A stretch of 64,000 nucleotides of DNA from Stegostoma tigrinum. Taxonomy: Eukaryota. The first letter of the stretch is position 1. Each line of letters begins with the position of its first letter. The translations under genes were made by a program, and so were the position numbers. This document shows positions 1-14,350 of the stretch, one piece after another. The stretch lies in contig NC_081357.1 in NCBI RefSeq assembly GCF_030684315.1, positions 22,057,204 through 22,121,203 of the forward strand, read 5' to 3'. The notes below the pieces were generated by a model, which saw only the letters and a list, made by a program, of their open reading frames with translations, ran no database searches and was not told the DNA's origin.

Positions 1-2440
1 TGTTAAGTTATCAGTCATTGCTACCTATGCTGCAAAGGTTGAAACACACCAACAGGAACAATGCCATACAGTGAGGCAACTCCTCAGTGCAATGATCTTA
101 TAGAGAAGAACACACTAATTCTGTTCCAAAGGTCCTACACATATTTAAACCATTACTGTAATTTTACTTCTGATCTATTCAACTTATTTTGGGGAGAATT
201 TCTTCATTACATGTTTGTGAAGCTTTAAAAAGGTACAGCATTACAAAATCAAAAACAAAGATCTCAACACTGAGCAAAATTTCCACTAAAAGGGGTAAAT
301 GGATGAAGGTTCCAAATGACAATGAATCTACATTTAAAGAAGTGACTTTAACATAGTAAACTTCCCAAAGTGACTTAAGTAAGAATATTCAAAAACAATT
401 GTTGTTAATTAATCATACAAGGGGGTAGATGAATCCACATTTTTGGGATACATTTTCAAGGAGGGAAGGGAAGAAGAGAGGTAAAGAAATGTAATGGTGA
501 TAATTTCAGAACTGGGGACCTTGGCAGCCGAGGACACAACTACCAATGGTGAAGCAGTAAGAACAGCATGCACGATAACCCAGAATAGAGCAGTACAGCG
601 ACATCACAGGGTTTTAGGGCTGAAGGAGGTTACAGAAATAGGGATTTGGGTGGGTGTGGTGGGGAAGAGCCATGGAGGCAGAGAAAAATATTAATGAGAA
701 TTTTATAATTGAGGAGTTACTTAACCGAGAGCCAATGTAGGTCAGCAAACACAAGGCTGATGCTCAGCAGGACATAATGCAAGTTCAAACTCAAAATAAT
801 AAAATGTTGATGCATAATAAGTGCTAATTCCAAACTGCATTTGTTACTTAGTAACAGTATCAGAAGGGAAGTGCTGTGAAGTTGGTATTGTACAGATTGG
901 AAAACGGGATGTTAAACTTTTTTGTAAAATGATGGGGGTGGGGTGGGGAGAGAAGTGTGTGTGGTCCCTTTAAATGGTGTGTTTTTAAAAGGCAGGCAGT
1001 AGATGTACAGATAATTCTTGAAATTGAAACATTGTATCAAAAAGCTATACCAATCACAAACAAAACAGCATTTTTACCAAAGCAATAGGTTTGAAATTCA
1101 GCGAATTAATTTAAACCATGTCCTGGATACCAAAGCTCAATTAAATTTAAATCTGATGGTTTTGACAACCACAGATCAATCCTATTTTAATAAATTAACA
1201 GGTCATCAAGGGTATAAAAGAAGAGGGCATTTGAAAATCGGGGTGAGATCAAATTGCCATCTGTTAAGAGAACAGCTAATAGCCATCTGCTCTCAGGAAA
1301 CAGAAAATCATTGGTTCTCTCAGAAATCTAAGATTGCAGAGTAAGCCCCATCTAAATAGAGGCAGTACAGCTCTGGGCTAATTTTCCTGACAAGAATTTG
1401 ATGGACTGGACGACAGCAGAGAAGGCAAAAAACATTCCAGAAGACTTATCCTGGCTGCAATTTCAAGAGATGGAGGTTTAATTTTATTTTAAAAATTGGT
1501 TTCTATAAGTGGGACTCATATCTATTGGAACAGCAAGGTGCTGCAACTTTGTTTTATTTGGGAATAGTCAGTAGTTAAGGGGGAAGTGTATGGTTTGTTA
1601 GTTAACAAATTAACAGAACCTCTAATAGAGCTAGAGAAATAAATAGTTACTTGTTGATGGTAGTGTGACTGTCAGGAGTTCATTTTATTTCACCGCCTTT
1701 ATAACAGATTGGGAGGCGAGATGCAGTTATACCATTTCTCACATTTTATTTAACAGATTACAAAGTTGAGGTAAGCTTCATTGGTGGCTTTGGATTTAAT
1801 TATCAGAGGGGTTTGATTGTTCCCTCATAATAGGAAGCAAATGACTTTTCATAAAAAGTAATTGTTCCTGGTGTAGCTCAAGAGAATTAAGGGGAATCTC
1901 TCTATTCCAGTAACATACTTCCTATTTTATGAAGATTCACCTGTTCCCCTGGCCTTTCAGTTGCAGATTAGGAGCACAGCCTTTGCCTGCACCCTGAAAC
2001 AGCTCCTTTGAATTGCAAAGAAAGATGTAATGTGTTATGAATATGGTATACCCAAAGCACTTTATAGCCGATGAAAAACCTTTGATGTATAACACTGCTG
2101 TAATTTAGAAAATAAAACAATTAATTTGTGCATAGCAAACTCTCACCATAAATTTCAACATGATAGTAATCATAATCTACATTTATACAGATTAAGGAAC
2201 AAGTATTGGTCAGAAGGCAAGGGTGAACTCCACTACTGTTCTTCAAAATAGCACGAAGCTATTTCTTTGTGTTCAGCTGAGAGGGCATGAGGTTTGTCAC
2301 ATATGACTCCTCCAAAAGAGCAATATTCATGTGTACCAAAATGAAGTGACAATCTCTATCTTTGTGCTACAACCCTGGAGTTAGACTCAAACTCTCAACC
2401 TCCTTACCCAGAAGCAAAAATACCATAAGTTGAGATAATG

Positions 2441-2545
2441 TTCTGAGGAAGGGTCACTGGACTCGAAACATTAACTGTTTTTCTTTCCACAGATGCTGCC
2501 AGATCAGCTGAGCGACTCCAGCAATGTGTTTGTGTTTTAGTGCCG
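2441..2545 (+). mobile_element. Older Penelope-type 3'-repeat copy (related copies at about 12925-13025 rev, 26392-26556, 28693-28812 rev, 35578-35712, 46945-47040, 62700-62830)
   Basis: ttctgaggaagggtcactggactcgaaacattaac...cacagatgctgccaga...: same architecture with a CTGANGA..GAAAC core. Confidence 0.65.
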
Positions 2546-3329
2546 TTCTTTGTTTTATTATAAATATATAGAGTCAATCCTGGCAATTTTGGAGCCCAAC
2601 TCATCATACGCACTGAATAGTGATCTAGAGGTACGTATTGTAATCAATTCTTAACTTCATGGGTGTGAAACAATTAATAAATAGGAGTTTAAAAAGATAT
2701 ACGGAGGAAGAACTTTGTACTGAAATGATTCCTCCTAGGTTTTCCTTCTCATCTGATCATAATATAATATGTTCAATTTATACAAAGCAAAGTATTTACG
2801 ATTGACATGAGGCACGAGATGCCTGAAGCAAAGGAATATTAAAATCTGAAATTGGGGGGGGGGGGGTAAGAGACTAATTTTAGGGTTTTTTTAAAAAATA
2901 CCTTCAAATCAATTTAGATTCCCATGTTCTCTAATTAATATTTCAACATGAGACACACTGAGCCTAAGTTGTTGTAGTCATGATACTGTGGTCTTACATT
3001 CTGAAGAAAATTAAATTGTTTAGGAATTAAATTGTTAGGAATAATCAGTAAAGTTAATGCTACACCAACTTCACTCTCATCGCACCGAACAGGGTGCCCT
3101 ATTACATAGTTAAACATGTTTGCTCATTCCAAAGGAAATGCTGACGCTGCAAGAAAATTACAGCATGTATATATTTCACATGATGAATGCCCTACTCATC
3201 TTAAGGGAGTATATGTCAGAAAATGTGACAAGCCAAAAATAGAGAAAATAGGACGAAGTTTTGTGGAAAAAAACAAAAGGAGAATGGCATTAAGTCTCAG
3301 TGCTTATTTGGAGGTCTGGTGGACAGGGA

Positions 3330-4880
3330 GGGCTTTTTCCTCGGATGGTGATGGCTAGCATAAAGTTAGCATCATAGCTTTAAATTGAGGGGTGATAGAT
3401 ATAGGACAGATGTCAGAGGTAGGTTCTTTAGTCAGAGAGTAGTGAGGGCCTAGAAGGCCCTGCTTGCAACAGTAGTAGACTCACCAACTTTAAGGGCATT
3501 TAAATGGTCATTGCATAAACATATGGATGATAATGGAATAGTGTAGGTGAGATGGGCTTTAGATTGGTTTCACAGGTCGGCGCAACATTGAGGGCCGAAG
3601 GGCCTGTACTGCGCTGTAATGTTCTGTGTTTTACGATGGGTCTAAATACCTCCACCTTTATTGCAACACTTCTAGAGATAAAAAGAATTAGTAAAGCACT
3701 GACCAGTACAATTCCAAAGATGAAATTTCACTTAGAAACTGGGGATATTAAAAATTCCTTGTGCGAGCTAGAATCTCTGCCTTGACAAGATTAGAAACAT
3801 GGAAAATAGAAGCAAGAGGCCAAATGGCCCTTTGAGCCTGCTCCATTTTTCAATATGTTTCCTAGGATGGTGACAGCGAGCACGAGGGAGCATAGCTTTA
3901 AATTGAGGGGTGAAAGATATAGGACAGATGTCAGAGGTAGTTTCTTTACTCAGAGAGTAGTAAGGGAATGGAACGCTTTGCCTGCAACGGTAGTAGATTC
4001 GCCAACTTTAGGTACATTTAAGTCGTCATTGGACAAACATATGGGCGTACGTGGAATAGTGTAGGTTAGATGGGCTTGAGATCGGTATGTCAGGCTGGCA
4101 CAACATCGAGGGCCGAAGGGCCTGTACTGTGCTGTAATGTTCTATGTTCTATGATCATGGCTGATCATTCAAATCAATATTCTGTTTCTGCATATACCGA
4201 TTCAACTTGCCCAAATCACAATGAAGCATCTTTGCATAATACCTGCAGTTCATTTTCTCACCCAGCTTTGTGCCATCCACAAATCTGGAAAAATTGCATT
4301 TAGTTTCCTCATCTAAACTATTAAATATATATATAATGAATAACTGTGGTCCAAGCATTGATCTCTATTGTACCCTATTATTCCCTGCCTGCCATTTGGA
4401 AAATGGCCTATTCATTCCTACACTGTTTCCTGACTGCCAACCAGTTCTTTGTCCATGTCAGTACATTACATCCAATCCCACTTGTGTCAATTTTACATGC
4501 TAATCTCTTATGTGGAATCTTATCCAAAGTCTTCTGAAAATCCAAGTAAACTATAAACACTGGTTTGTCCTCATTAACTTTATCAGGTAGAGGTACTGAA
4601 TTCTACTTCAGCAGTCATAGAACAATACAGCGCAAAACAGGCCCTTCAACCCTCGATGTTGCGCCAACCTGTGAACTAATCTAAGCCCCTCCCCCTACGC
4701 TGTCCCATCATTATCCATATACTTATCCAAGGACTGTTTAAATGCCCCCAATGTGGCTGATTTAACTACATTGGCAGGCAGGGCGTTCCATATCCTAACC
4801 ACTCTGAGTAAAGAACCTGCCTCTAACATCTGTCTTCAATCTATTACCCCTCAATTTGTAGCTACGCCCCCTTGTACAAG
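3330..4880. mobile_element. CR1 cluster: forward 3' ends at about 3330-3635 and 3856-4152; older reverse copy at about 3790-3855 + 4153-4580; reverse tail at about 4614-4880
   Basis: FFTQRVVREWNALP and a (ttctatg)n tail. The reverse copy encodes LGPQLFIIYI..FSRFVDGTKLG. Confidence 0.88.
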
Positions 4881-5859
4881 TCACATAAGATGCTATAAAA
4901 AATGAGAGACCTATTTTACAGTCTACAGGATTTTCTTTTATATTGAAATCATTTACTATTATCTTTTTTATAAAAAATTAATTCATGGGATGAGTCTGTC
5001 ACTGGCTGGGCCAGCGCTGGTTACCCATCCCTAACCTTCCAGTGGCAATCAAGTGTCAACCGACTGCCTTGGGTCTGGTGTAATGTGTTGGTCAAACCAG
5101 GACAAGGATAACAGCTTCCTTCCCTGCTGCACATTCGTGAACCAGATGGTGTTTTCCTGACAATTGAAAATTGTCATTTGTCTCCTAATTTCAGGTATTT
5201 ATTGAAATCAAATTCCCAGTTGCCCTGGTGGGATTCAAAACTGGGTCATCGAAACAATACCTCTGGATTAATAGTCTAGCGATAATACCACTAGGCTGTC
5301 ACTCCCTTCAACTTCCCCCATCTTCATAATACAGTGAAAGAAAATTTCATTATTTATTTTCAAACAAAAAACATCTTGATTAGCTCTCAAGTTGCCACAA
5401 CCAGGTTGAGTGTTGCCAGTGGCAGCAAACATAACTTGATGGTCTGGTCTACATGTGATAGAGTGGCACAAGCTAGAACAGATCTTCAAACTTTCCAACA
5501 GTAGCAACATTACCATAGTTCTGGAGAAGCCAACTGTTAAGAGCGTCTCGATATTATCTTTTCTGTCAGCCTCTTGCTCAACTTCCATTAATTCTTTCAG
5601 AGATCATTAAGTTCCAACAGTTCTGCACAGATACAATGACTGATGAACACCATATGTTCTTCTGGCCTGAGTCAGTACTTTGTAAAGTTCTTTTCTCCAT
5701 TTAGCTTACTCTTTGGATCCTTCTTAAGCAGCATATTTCAAAGCTGTTGATGATCTTCCCTTGCTCTGTTCCACTGCCCCATGCTTCACTTTGCACTATT
5801 TGCTCGTGAGATGAAGGCACCACTGTCACGGGCATAATTTGGAATAATAGAGCAGCATT

Positions 5860-7473
5860 AATGGGCAGAGTCAGGCTTCCACAGAACCAGGGTTTTAGTT
5901 TCAGTAGTTGGTGAGGTTCTGAAGCTGGTTGTGCAAGCCGTTACATTTCTCTCTCTGCTACAACTAAAAGCTTGGGCTGCCAGAATCGCACGTGAGATAA
6001 TCTGTTTTACGGGATGCTACTATATTGAAACAATTGCTGTTTAGTAGTGAAATACTCTATTTTTCTGTTAACTTTTCCAGTAGAGTTAAAGTTACACCAA
6101 CTGTTCTTTCTTTTTTAATTGCGGGGTAAGAATAAAGTGTGTTTTACTTGAAGCTGAGATAATGGGAACTGCAGATGGTGGAGAATCCGCAATAACAAAG
6201 TGTACAGCTGGACAAACACAGCTGGCCAAGCAGCATCTTAGGAGCACAAAAGCTGACGTTTCGGGCCCAGACCCTTCAGCAGAAGAGGGGGAGGGGGAAA
6301 AGAGGGTTCTGAAATAAATAGGGAGAGGGGGAGGCGGATCGAAGATGGATAGAGAAGATAGGTGGAGAGGAGACAGACAAATTAAACAGGCGGGGATGGA
6401 GCCAGTAGAAGTGAGGAGGTAGGGAGGGGATAAGTCAGTCCAGGGAGGATGGACAGGTCAAGGGGGCGGGATGAGGTTATTAGGGTGTGCAGCTTGAGGT
6501 AGTGGGGGGGGGGGGGGGGGGGGGGGAAGATAGGTGAGAGGAAGAACAGGTTAGGGAGGCGGGGACGAGCTGGGCTGGTTTTGGGATGCAGTAGGGGGAG
6601 GGGAAATTTTGAAGCTTGTGAAATCCACATTGATAGCATTGGGCTGCAGGGTTCCCAAGCGGAATGTGAGTTGCTGTCCCTGCAACCTTTGGGTGGTATC
6701 ATTGTGGCACTGCAGGAGGCCCAGAATGGACATGTCAGCTAAGGAGTGGGAGGGGGAGTTGAAATGATTCGTGACTGGAGGTGCAGTTGTTTCATGTGAA
6801 CCGAGCGTAAATGTTCTGCAAAGTGATCCCCAAGCCTCTGCTTGGTTTCCCCGATGTAGAGGAGGCCACAACGGGTACAGCGGATGCAGAATACTGCTTT
6901 GGCAGATGTGCAGGTGAACATCTGCTTGATGTGGAAAGTCTTCTTGGGGCCTAGGATGGCGGCGAGGGAGGTGGTGTAGGGGCAGGTGTAGCACTTCTTG
7001 TGGTTGCAGGGGAAAGTGCTGGGTGTGGTGGGGCTGGAGGGGAGCATGGAGCGGACAAGGGAGTCATGGAGAGAGTGGTCCCTCCGGAAAGCAGACAAGG
7101 GTGGGGATGGAAAAATGTCTGGTGGTGGGGTTGGATTGCAAATGGTGGAAGTCTTGGAGGATGATGTGTTGGATCCGAAGATTGGTGGGGTGGTACGTGA
7201 GGACGAGGGCGATTCTCTTTTGGTGGTTATTGCAGGGACAGGGTGCGAGGCATGAGTTGTGGGAAATGCAGGAGACATGGTCAAGGGCGTTCTCAACCAT
7301 TGCAGGGGGCGAGGGAGTTGCGGTCCTTGAAAAATAAGGTAAAGCCGAATAGCGTAACTAATCAAATTACATCTGGAACACAGCACCTTACACCTGCCTT
7401 TCAATGAGATGAAAGTTAGCGTCTAGGCTATTTCCTTGATATGCTTGAAGAGGGTTTGTTCGGATCCATTACG
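5860..7473 (+). repeat. Possible solo LTR split by the Penelope insertion at 6157-7335 (similar-looking tracts at about 875-1830 and 14440-15040)
   Basis: Sequence style, an aataaa at about 6130 and a 3' end ..tccattacg. No TSD or coding evidence; pattern impression only. Confidence 0.3.
6157..7335 (-). mobile_element. 5'-truncated Penelope-like element (thumb/linker, GIY-YIG, 3' repeat with tail)
   Basis: Same family as 40688-44944: CNHKKCYTC, AVFCIRCTRCGLLYIGETKQRL, QQLTFRLGTLQPNAIN. Confidence 0.93.
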
Positions 7474-10243
7474 CACTGATGCAATTCTTGGAGAATGAGG
7501 GTACCCACGTGGAGCTGATAGAAAGGGAGTTCCAGGATGTGGAACCAGCAAGTGAACAGACAGCAACAAAATTCCAAATCAAGATCAAGAGAGATCTGAA
7601 GGGGAATGTGCAGATTATGAAGTTTTCAAAGCACCTGTTATCCTTGTCCTTCTAGGTTGTAGAGGCTGTGGATTTCTAAAGTGCTGTTAAAGGTGCTTTG
7701 AGAGTTTCGGCACCTGCAGATGCCAAGCACTGTACATCTGTGGTGAAGGGACTGAACGTTGAAAATGATACATGGGATACAATCCAAGCAGGCAGCGCAC
7801 TCCTAGATGATGCCGAATGTTGAGTGTTTTTGGAGTTGCATCCATCCAGGCAAGTGGAAAATATTCCCTCACACGCTGACTTGTGCCTTGGACAGGCATT
7901 GGAGGGACAGAAGGTGAATTATTCTCCGACTCCTTTAGCCACAGTTTTTAATATGGCTGGTCCAGTCCAGTTTTTCTTCAATGGTAACGCCTAGAACATT
8001 GACAGTAGGGGTATTCAGTGATGGTAATGCCTTTGAATGTGAAAGGACAATGGATACATTCTCTTTCGTTGCATGTGATCATTGCCTAGCAGTGTGGCAA
8101 TGTGAACAGGGGAGGCAATGGCCTAGTGGTATAGTCTCCTGCTTCCATTCCTTTTGGGAATGCATTCACCATAGAAGGGGAAAAACGAGCCTGGGAGATA
8201 GAATGCAGCCTTGCCTAGCACATTTTCTGATTGCTTTCCAGTCATCATTACGCTGTTGCTCCCCAATTCTAGTAATTATTTCTGATGAATTTGGATATGA
8301 CTTTCAATGCAATTACCCAAGTTGTTAATAATGTGAATAACTGAGGCCCTAATACAGATTCTTGTTGTATACCACTGGTCACATCCTGCCAATTTGAATA
8401 TCTACTCATTATCTGTACTTTGTCACCTGCCACTCAATCACTTTTCTAGCCATGGGCTTCTACTTATGTTTGGCTTTATCAAATGCCTTTTAGAAATCCA
8501 CATAAATAACATCCATAGACATTCCGCCTGTCCATTACTTTAGTTACCTTTTCAAAGATTCAGTGAGGTTTGTCAGACCTGCCATAAATCCATGCTGGCT
8601 CTCCATGATTAGCTGAAATTTTTCAAAGTGTTTAGTTACCATTCTTGATTTATAGGCTCCAACAGTTTCCCCACCACAGATGATAGCCTATCTGGTCTGT
8701 AAATTCACTGATTTACTTTTTAAGAAGGGTAGAAGAGAAAGAGCAACAGGTGCCATTTTCCAAGCTACAGGGATGATTCCTATATCTAAGAAACACTGAA
8801 TGGCACTTTAGGGTATGACATGCATTGCTTGGATGTGTGGTGGAGGCATTTAAGGCGGCATTGGATGATTATTTGAATAAAAATATACGAGAATGTGGAG
8901 AAAAAGTGGGAGATTGGCGCTTGCTAATGATACCCATTTAATGAACTAGTACAGCTAGGATGGGCCAAATGGCCTCCTTATGTTGTAACAATTCTGTAAT
9001 TGTAGGATTTTTGAGAGATGCGTTATCAAATCCTTTAGTACAGTCAGTAAAACTGGGTAGATGTTGTTCTGCATAACAATTATCATTGTTTGCCAAGGGT
9101 TTCAGAAGATAAATTGCGTTTCATGATCCTTTATCTTTTACAAAACCAGTGTTTGATATCTCATTTTATTTTCTCCCTAACACTTGCTATTAGGATTGAG
9201 GACAATCTTTATCTATAAAATCATTAGGCTAACTGTATTGTAGTTCCTTTGACAGAACAATAAAAACAAAACTAAAGAGATCTTCCAGGATAATGGCAGA
9301 GTTTTTGATCTTGTTGACAACAGGGGTTGGTCAGTATGTGAGTTCCTACATCTGTTGCTTCCACAAATTCTTTTCTCACTTCAGCTAACCCCGTGCTTTT
9401 CCCACTTACGTGATACATTGTAAATCAGCTAAATTCTGTGATTTTGAATGTATTTGGGCCCATATTTGCGAGAGCTCTCACAGGTTGCACAAAAAGGTAT
9501 CCCTCTACTTGATCTAATAAGGAACCACAGCACACATCAAGCAATGTTACAAACAGTGACACTTAAAATTATGAAACCCCACAATTTTAACACTGTCAAA
9601 GAGAGAACTTACATTTTAGTACATAAGTAAAACAGTCAAATTTGACTGACTAATGAGTGGGGGGTGGCGGGCGTGGAAAACAAGCAAACACACCAATAAA
9701 AACATGCAGTCTTGCGGTATGAAGACACAGCAGACCTTTTAGCTTTAAATGGTTCAATAATTGTTTGGTCTACATAAACAATTGTAAAATGGCTGAAAGT
9801 TGAGAGAATCTTACATTTACTCATGTGTTCCATTGTAGTGTCAGCACAAATATTTCAGCAAATCAAATTGTAGCTGCATGTCTTCAAAACAAATATATAA
9901 ATATAGCAATCTCTTTAGTATTCACAGTTACAAATACCCTCAATCCCCAAAAAAGTTATACCAGCTATAAAAAGTGCCGATGACTACAAAGTCCTTTGCA
10001 ACAATCTGACATCTGACTGGAATTAGCTTAAATGTGGACGCTGAATCAGTCAGGGATACATAATTAATAGCTAAGTTTTGGTAGCTCCTAAGCAGGCAGT
10101 CGGATCAGATTAATTACTAAACCAAAGGTGCTGCACCTCTGGGTTGGAAGAACTAGTCCAACTTATGAGGCAGACCATCTTGCCTTTCTTAGGCAACATT
10201 TATTTTTGCTACTGTTTGACAAAGGAACATGCCATCCTCTTAC

Positions 10244-10477
10244 CTCCATTAGGACCAGGGTCAGGGGGACCCAGACTGACACCACCCCAGGAGTTTCCAG
10301 TCCAGCCTTTTTCTCTTTTGATTTTTATTTTCCTTCTCTTGTCCCATTCCTCTCGTTCTCTCAGGGCTTCAGCCTGCAACACCACCTGCTGGGATCGGTC
10401 ACGTTTTCCAATTGATTGAATGGTTCCACTTTTCACCACAGGAGCATTCAAACCAGGCCAGAGGAACCCAGCTCGGC
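10244..10477 (-). CDS. MRPS5: MRPS5 exon 5 (GRAGFLWPGLNAP...[37 protein letters not shown])
   Basis: Lies within ORF 10209..10547. Acceptor gttttag|, donor GAG|gtaaga, 234 nt. Matches human GFLWPGLN...[22 protein letters not shown]. Confidence 0.97.
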
Positions 10478-11060
10478 CTAAAACCAAACAAAATAGGTTT
10501 TTAAAAAAAAAGTTACTTACATTGCAATCAGCCAAGGTTAGAAACACCTAGATATCAACAGGAATTGGATGAACATAAGACCCTCCGAATCATAAATTTT
10601 CACATCATGCTTCCTCTGGAAATTACATTCATTAGAAAAAAAAGTGTACAAAACACAAATTGCAAAACTACAGGATTTTCTTTTCTCAAATTGCTCTTCC
10701 TTCACTTTCAAACTAATCAGTTTCCATTTTCTCTTTCACCTTCAGTTTATAAGTTAGGGCGTCTTTTTGGATGGAATGGGCTTTTATTGAAATTATTTGA
10801 ATGTAAAATATATTTTGTTTAATGCCAACCATTATACAATACATACTATGGTCATTATTATGGTCATTATTAAAAACAGGATGGTCAAGGTTCTTCTATA
10901 TTTTTTCCATATTCTACCTATATTTATCTGCAATTTAATAGGAATGACTTTGCCAAGTTACTTTTAGAAACAAAACACTGGATCAATATCACCTGCTAAT
11001 AGTGTATACTGGTACAGAGCACTGAACTGCCATGGATTTGTACATGGTGCAGTTACTTAC

Positions 11061-11186
11061 CTTCACCGATCATCTGGCCTCTATTCAAATCTTTCTTCAT
11101 CTTCCTTTTAGTTCGTTTACCTCTGCCCTTTCGTGCACCAGCGCCAAATTCTGCCAATACACCACGCCATAATTCATCTGCTGTCA
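11061..11186 (-). CDS. MRPS5: MRPS5 exon 4 ([42 protein letters not shown])
   Basis: Manual translation (absent from the ORF track). Acceptor ttatcttaacag|, donor AAG|gtaagt, 126 nt. Near-identical to human [42 protein letters not shown]. Confidence 0.97.
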
Positions 11187-13334
11187 CTGTTAAGATAAAA
11201 ACATTGCCATGGTGAACAAAGCTACCAATATCAATTGTTTACTGATCAAATTTTATTTGTACCCTAGAATTTCATTCAACAAAAATCTTGGATAGCCTAT
11301 TGCTTTGTTAGATGCAGAAATTGATTATTATAATAGAGTATGCAAATCAGTACTCCAGGCACTAGGAGTGTTTCAGAATTAAATAGTTCAATTTTTGCCT
11401 TGACAAGTGAAAGCATGACATACCATCACCACCACGGTTTTACCCAAAGGTTCAGCCACTTTCATTAGTATTGGAATCGAGAGAAATAAAGTGAATGAAG
11501 TTTTGAACGTAGCATCACATTTTCTTTTAAAATTGTCAACCTCCGAAGTAGAACTATTTAATCATAAAATAGTCAGTCTATTATGTAGAAACCTTACTTT
11601 CCCAATCTGCTCCAGTCACAAAAGGTGACTAATTGTACTGTCATTGGAGGAACAGGATAGGGATAGGGATCTACAAGTTAATTAAACAATTGGATGGCTT
11701 GCCTTTCTCTGTAATGAATTTTTGTCTGTCTAGATTGGATCGGTGTCTGAAAGATCAAAGCAATGAAACTGCACGCCAGCATATTAACACATGGCCAAAT
11801 AAATATAACAATATCACACACTAAAAGCCCTTGCAGTACAAGGCAGAACAAAAACTTTCAGACTCTTATTTGCCTGTTCCTGCTTGACAGATAGTGAGAT
11901 ATTTCAGCTTCTTTCAATAAACATAGACTGAGTGATCAGAAAGGGTAAGAATCAGAACTCCAAGCTGTCTTTGTTCACGTGGTCACTGACACACATTGTG
12001 CCCTCAACACTTGTCAGTGGTTGCTACTCTGATGTATAATTGAAGGGAGCATGTGATGTACACGTACATAACAAAAGTTGCAGGTGGTACAGTCTGGGGG
12101 CAGGTGCGGCACAAGGGAATGGTTTGGTGGAGAGAAAGGCAGAGGTGATAGTGGCGGTGAGGGCAAGCAGAGCCTTGGCCAGAGAGTTTTCAGCTGCTGG
12201 TAGTGGTGGGCGGAGGCAGGATTTAATGCTGTTTAGGGAGATGACAACGGCAGGGGTGGGTTGCTGTCTATCTTCGTTGGATGACTGCAGCAGCAGGTGG
12301 TGAATCGCATTGTGCTGGGAGGTGGTGTGAATGATAGCTCGGGAGATGGCATGGCTTATTAGGATTTGCTTCCAAAAATATACCTCACTCCAAATTTATA
12401 AACAAAAAACATTACAATTTAAACATTACAGGACTTAAGAAATTTCAACATGTCTCAAGACACGTCTTTTCGACTGAATTGTAATAGAACTACAGTTCCG
12501 AATCCCTTGGTACAACCTGGAAGAAAGCACTTAGTGACCATAAGTCATAGAAGTGGAAGTAAGGCCATTCAGCCCATCAAGTCCACTCCACCATTTAAAT
12601 CATGGCTGATGGGCATTTCAACTCCACTTCCCTGCACTCTCCCCATAGTGGCCTTTCCCAATACACCTCAGCAACAGTTGCCACAAACTTTCATGTATTT
12701 CTTAGCATGTTGTCCTGGTCCATGCAACATGCCAGTCTCCAATGTCCAGGAGAGGACACTTTCTTTTATATTTATGATTCTTGATGAAGAAGAATTAGTA
12801 ACAATGCACACGTACACACAGATTAGAATAGAAATAACTGGGGAATCCAAAGGGTCAAAAGGTTTGTACGGGTGCATTGGGGAAATTACTATAAATGAAA
12901 ATTAAAGAATTTTGGATACTAGAAACCTGAAAACTTGAGACAAAAATAAAGGAAATTGATGGAGAAACTCAGTAGGTAGAGCAGTATTTGTGGAGGAAAG
13001 CAGAGTGAATATTTCTTCAGAAGCGATTGTGATACGAAAAAGGTGTTATATTTGCAGAAGACAGAGGTAGGAGAGTTGCTTATTGTGCATATTCAAGGCT
13101 GAAATAGATAGAATCTTTATCATAAGGGAATATTGAGAGTTATGGGAAAAGAGCAGGAAAGTTGACATGGAGAATATTGATCAACCTTGATTCTATTGAA
13201 TAGCAGAGCAGGCTAAAGGGGCTGAACAGCCTACATTCCTGCACCTTTTCTGATAGGCCTTCCAGTCAGATCCTTCTTATATATTCAGAGAGACACTCCC
13301 TGCACACATTACCCTTAAGGTGACTGTGGTTTTG

Positions 13335-14350
13335 TTTTCCTATCCATTTCTGGGAAGTGGGTGTCACTGGCTGGGACCAGCATTTCTTGCCCATCCCTAG
13401 TTGCCCTCGAGAAGGTGGTTGTGAGCTGCCTTCTTGAACTGCTGCAGTTCTCCTGCTGTGGCTTGACCCACAATGCTATTAGGGAGGGAATTCCAGGATT
13501 GTGACCCAGCAACACAGCGAAGGAACGGCAATATACATTTCCAAGTCAGGATGGTGAGTCACTTGGAGGGGAACTTGGAAGTGGTGGTGTTTCCGTATGT
13601 CTGATGCCGTTGTCCTTCTCGATGAAAGTGGTTGTGGGTTTGGAAGGTGCTGTATGAGGATCTTTGGTGAATTTCTGCAGCGTATCTTGTAGATAATGCA
13701 CACTGCTCCTACTAAGTATCGGTGTGGAGGGAGAGAATGATTGCGGATGTAGTGCCAATCAAGTGGACTGATTTGTCCTGGATGGTCAAGCTTCTTGAGT
13801 GCTGTTGGGGCTGCACTCATCCAGGCAAGTTGGGGTATTCCATCACACTCCTGACTGTGCCTTGTAGATGGCGGACAGGCTTTGTCAGAAGTCAGGAGGT
13901 GAGTTACTTGCTCCAGAATTCCTAGCCTCTGGCCTGCTGTTGTAGCCACTCAATATGGTGAGTCCACTTGAGTTTCTAGTAAATGGTAACCCCCAGGACG
14001 TTGATAGTGGGGGATTCAGTGATGGTAACACCATTGAATATCAAGGGACAGTGATTAGATTCTCTCTTATTAGTGATAGTCTGCTTCACCATCTGAGGAG
14101 TCACGAATGGTGCAGAACATTGTGTAATCATCGGCAAACATACCCACTTCTGACCTTATGCTGGAGGGAAGGTCATTGATGAAGCAGCTCAAGATGGTTG
14201 GGCCTGGCACACTTACTGAGGAATTCCTGCACAGATGTCCTGGAGCAGAGAAGATTGACCTCCCACAACTACAACCATCTTCCTATGTGTCAGGTATGAC
14301 TCTAACCACCACAGCGTTTGCCCCCGACACTCTGATTCCAGTTTTGCTAG
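13335..14350 (-). mobile_element. 3' part of the second LINE family (other copies at about 7500-8100, 34655-35140, 51100-52400 rev; 49930-50075, 52590-52870, 63530-63745 fwd)
   Basis: LAWMSAAPTALKKLD; WKIVQVCPVPKKQDKS..NQFGFHQGHS at 51699-51881; shared tail gggcaactagggatgggcaagaaatgctgg. Confidence 0.85.
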
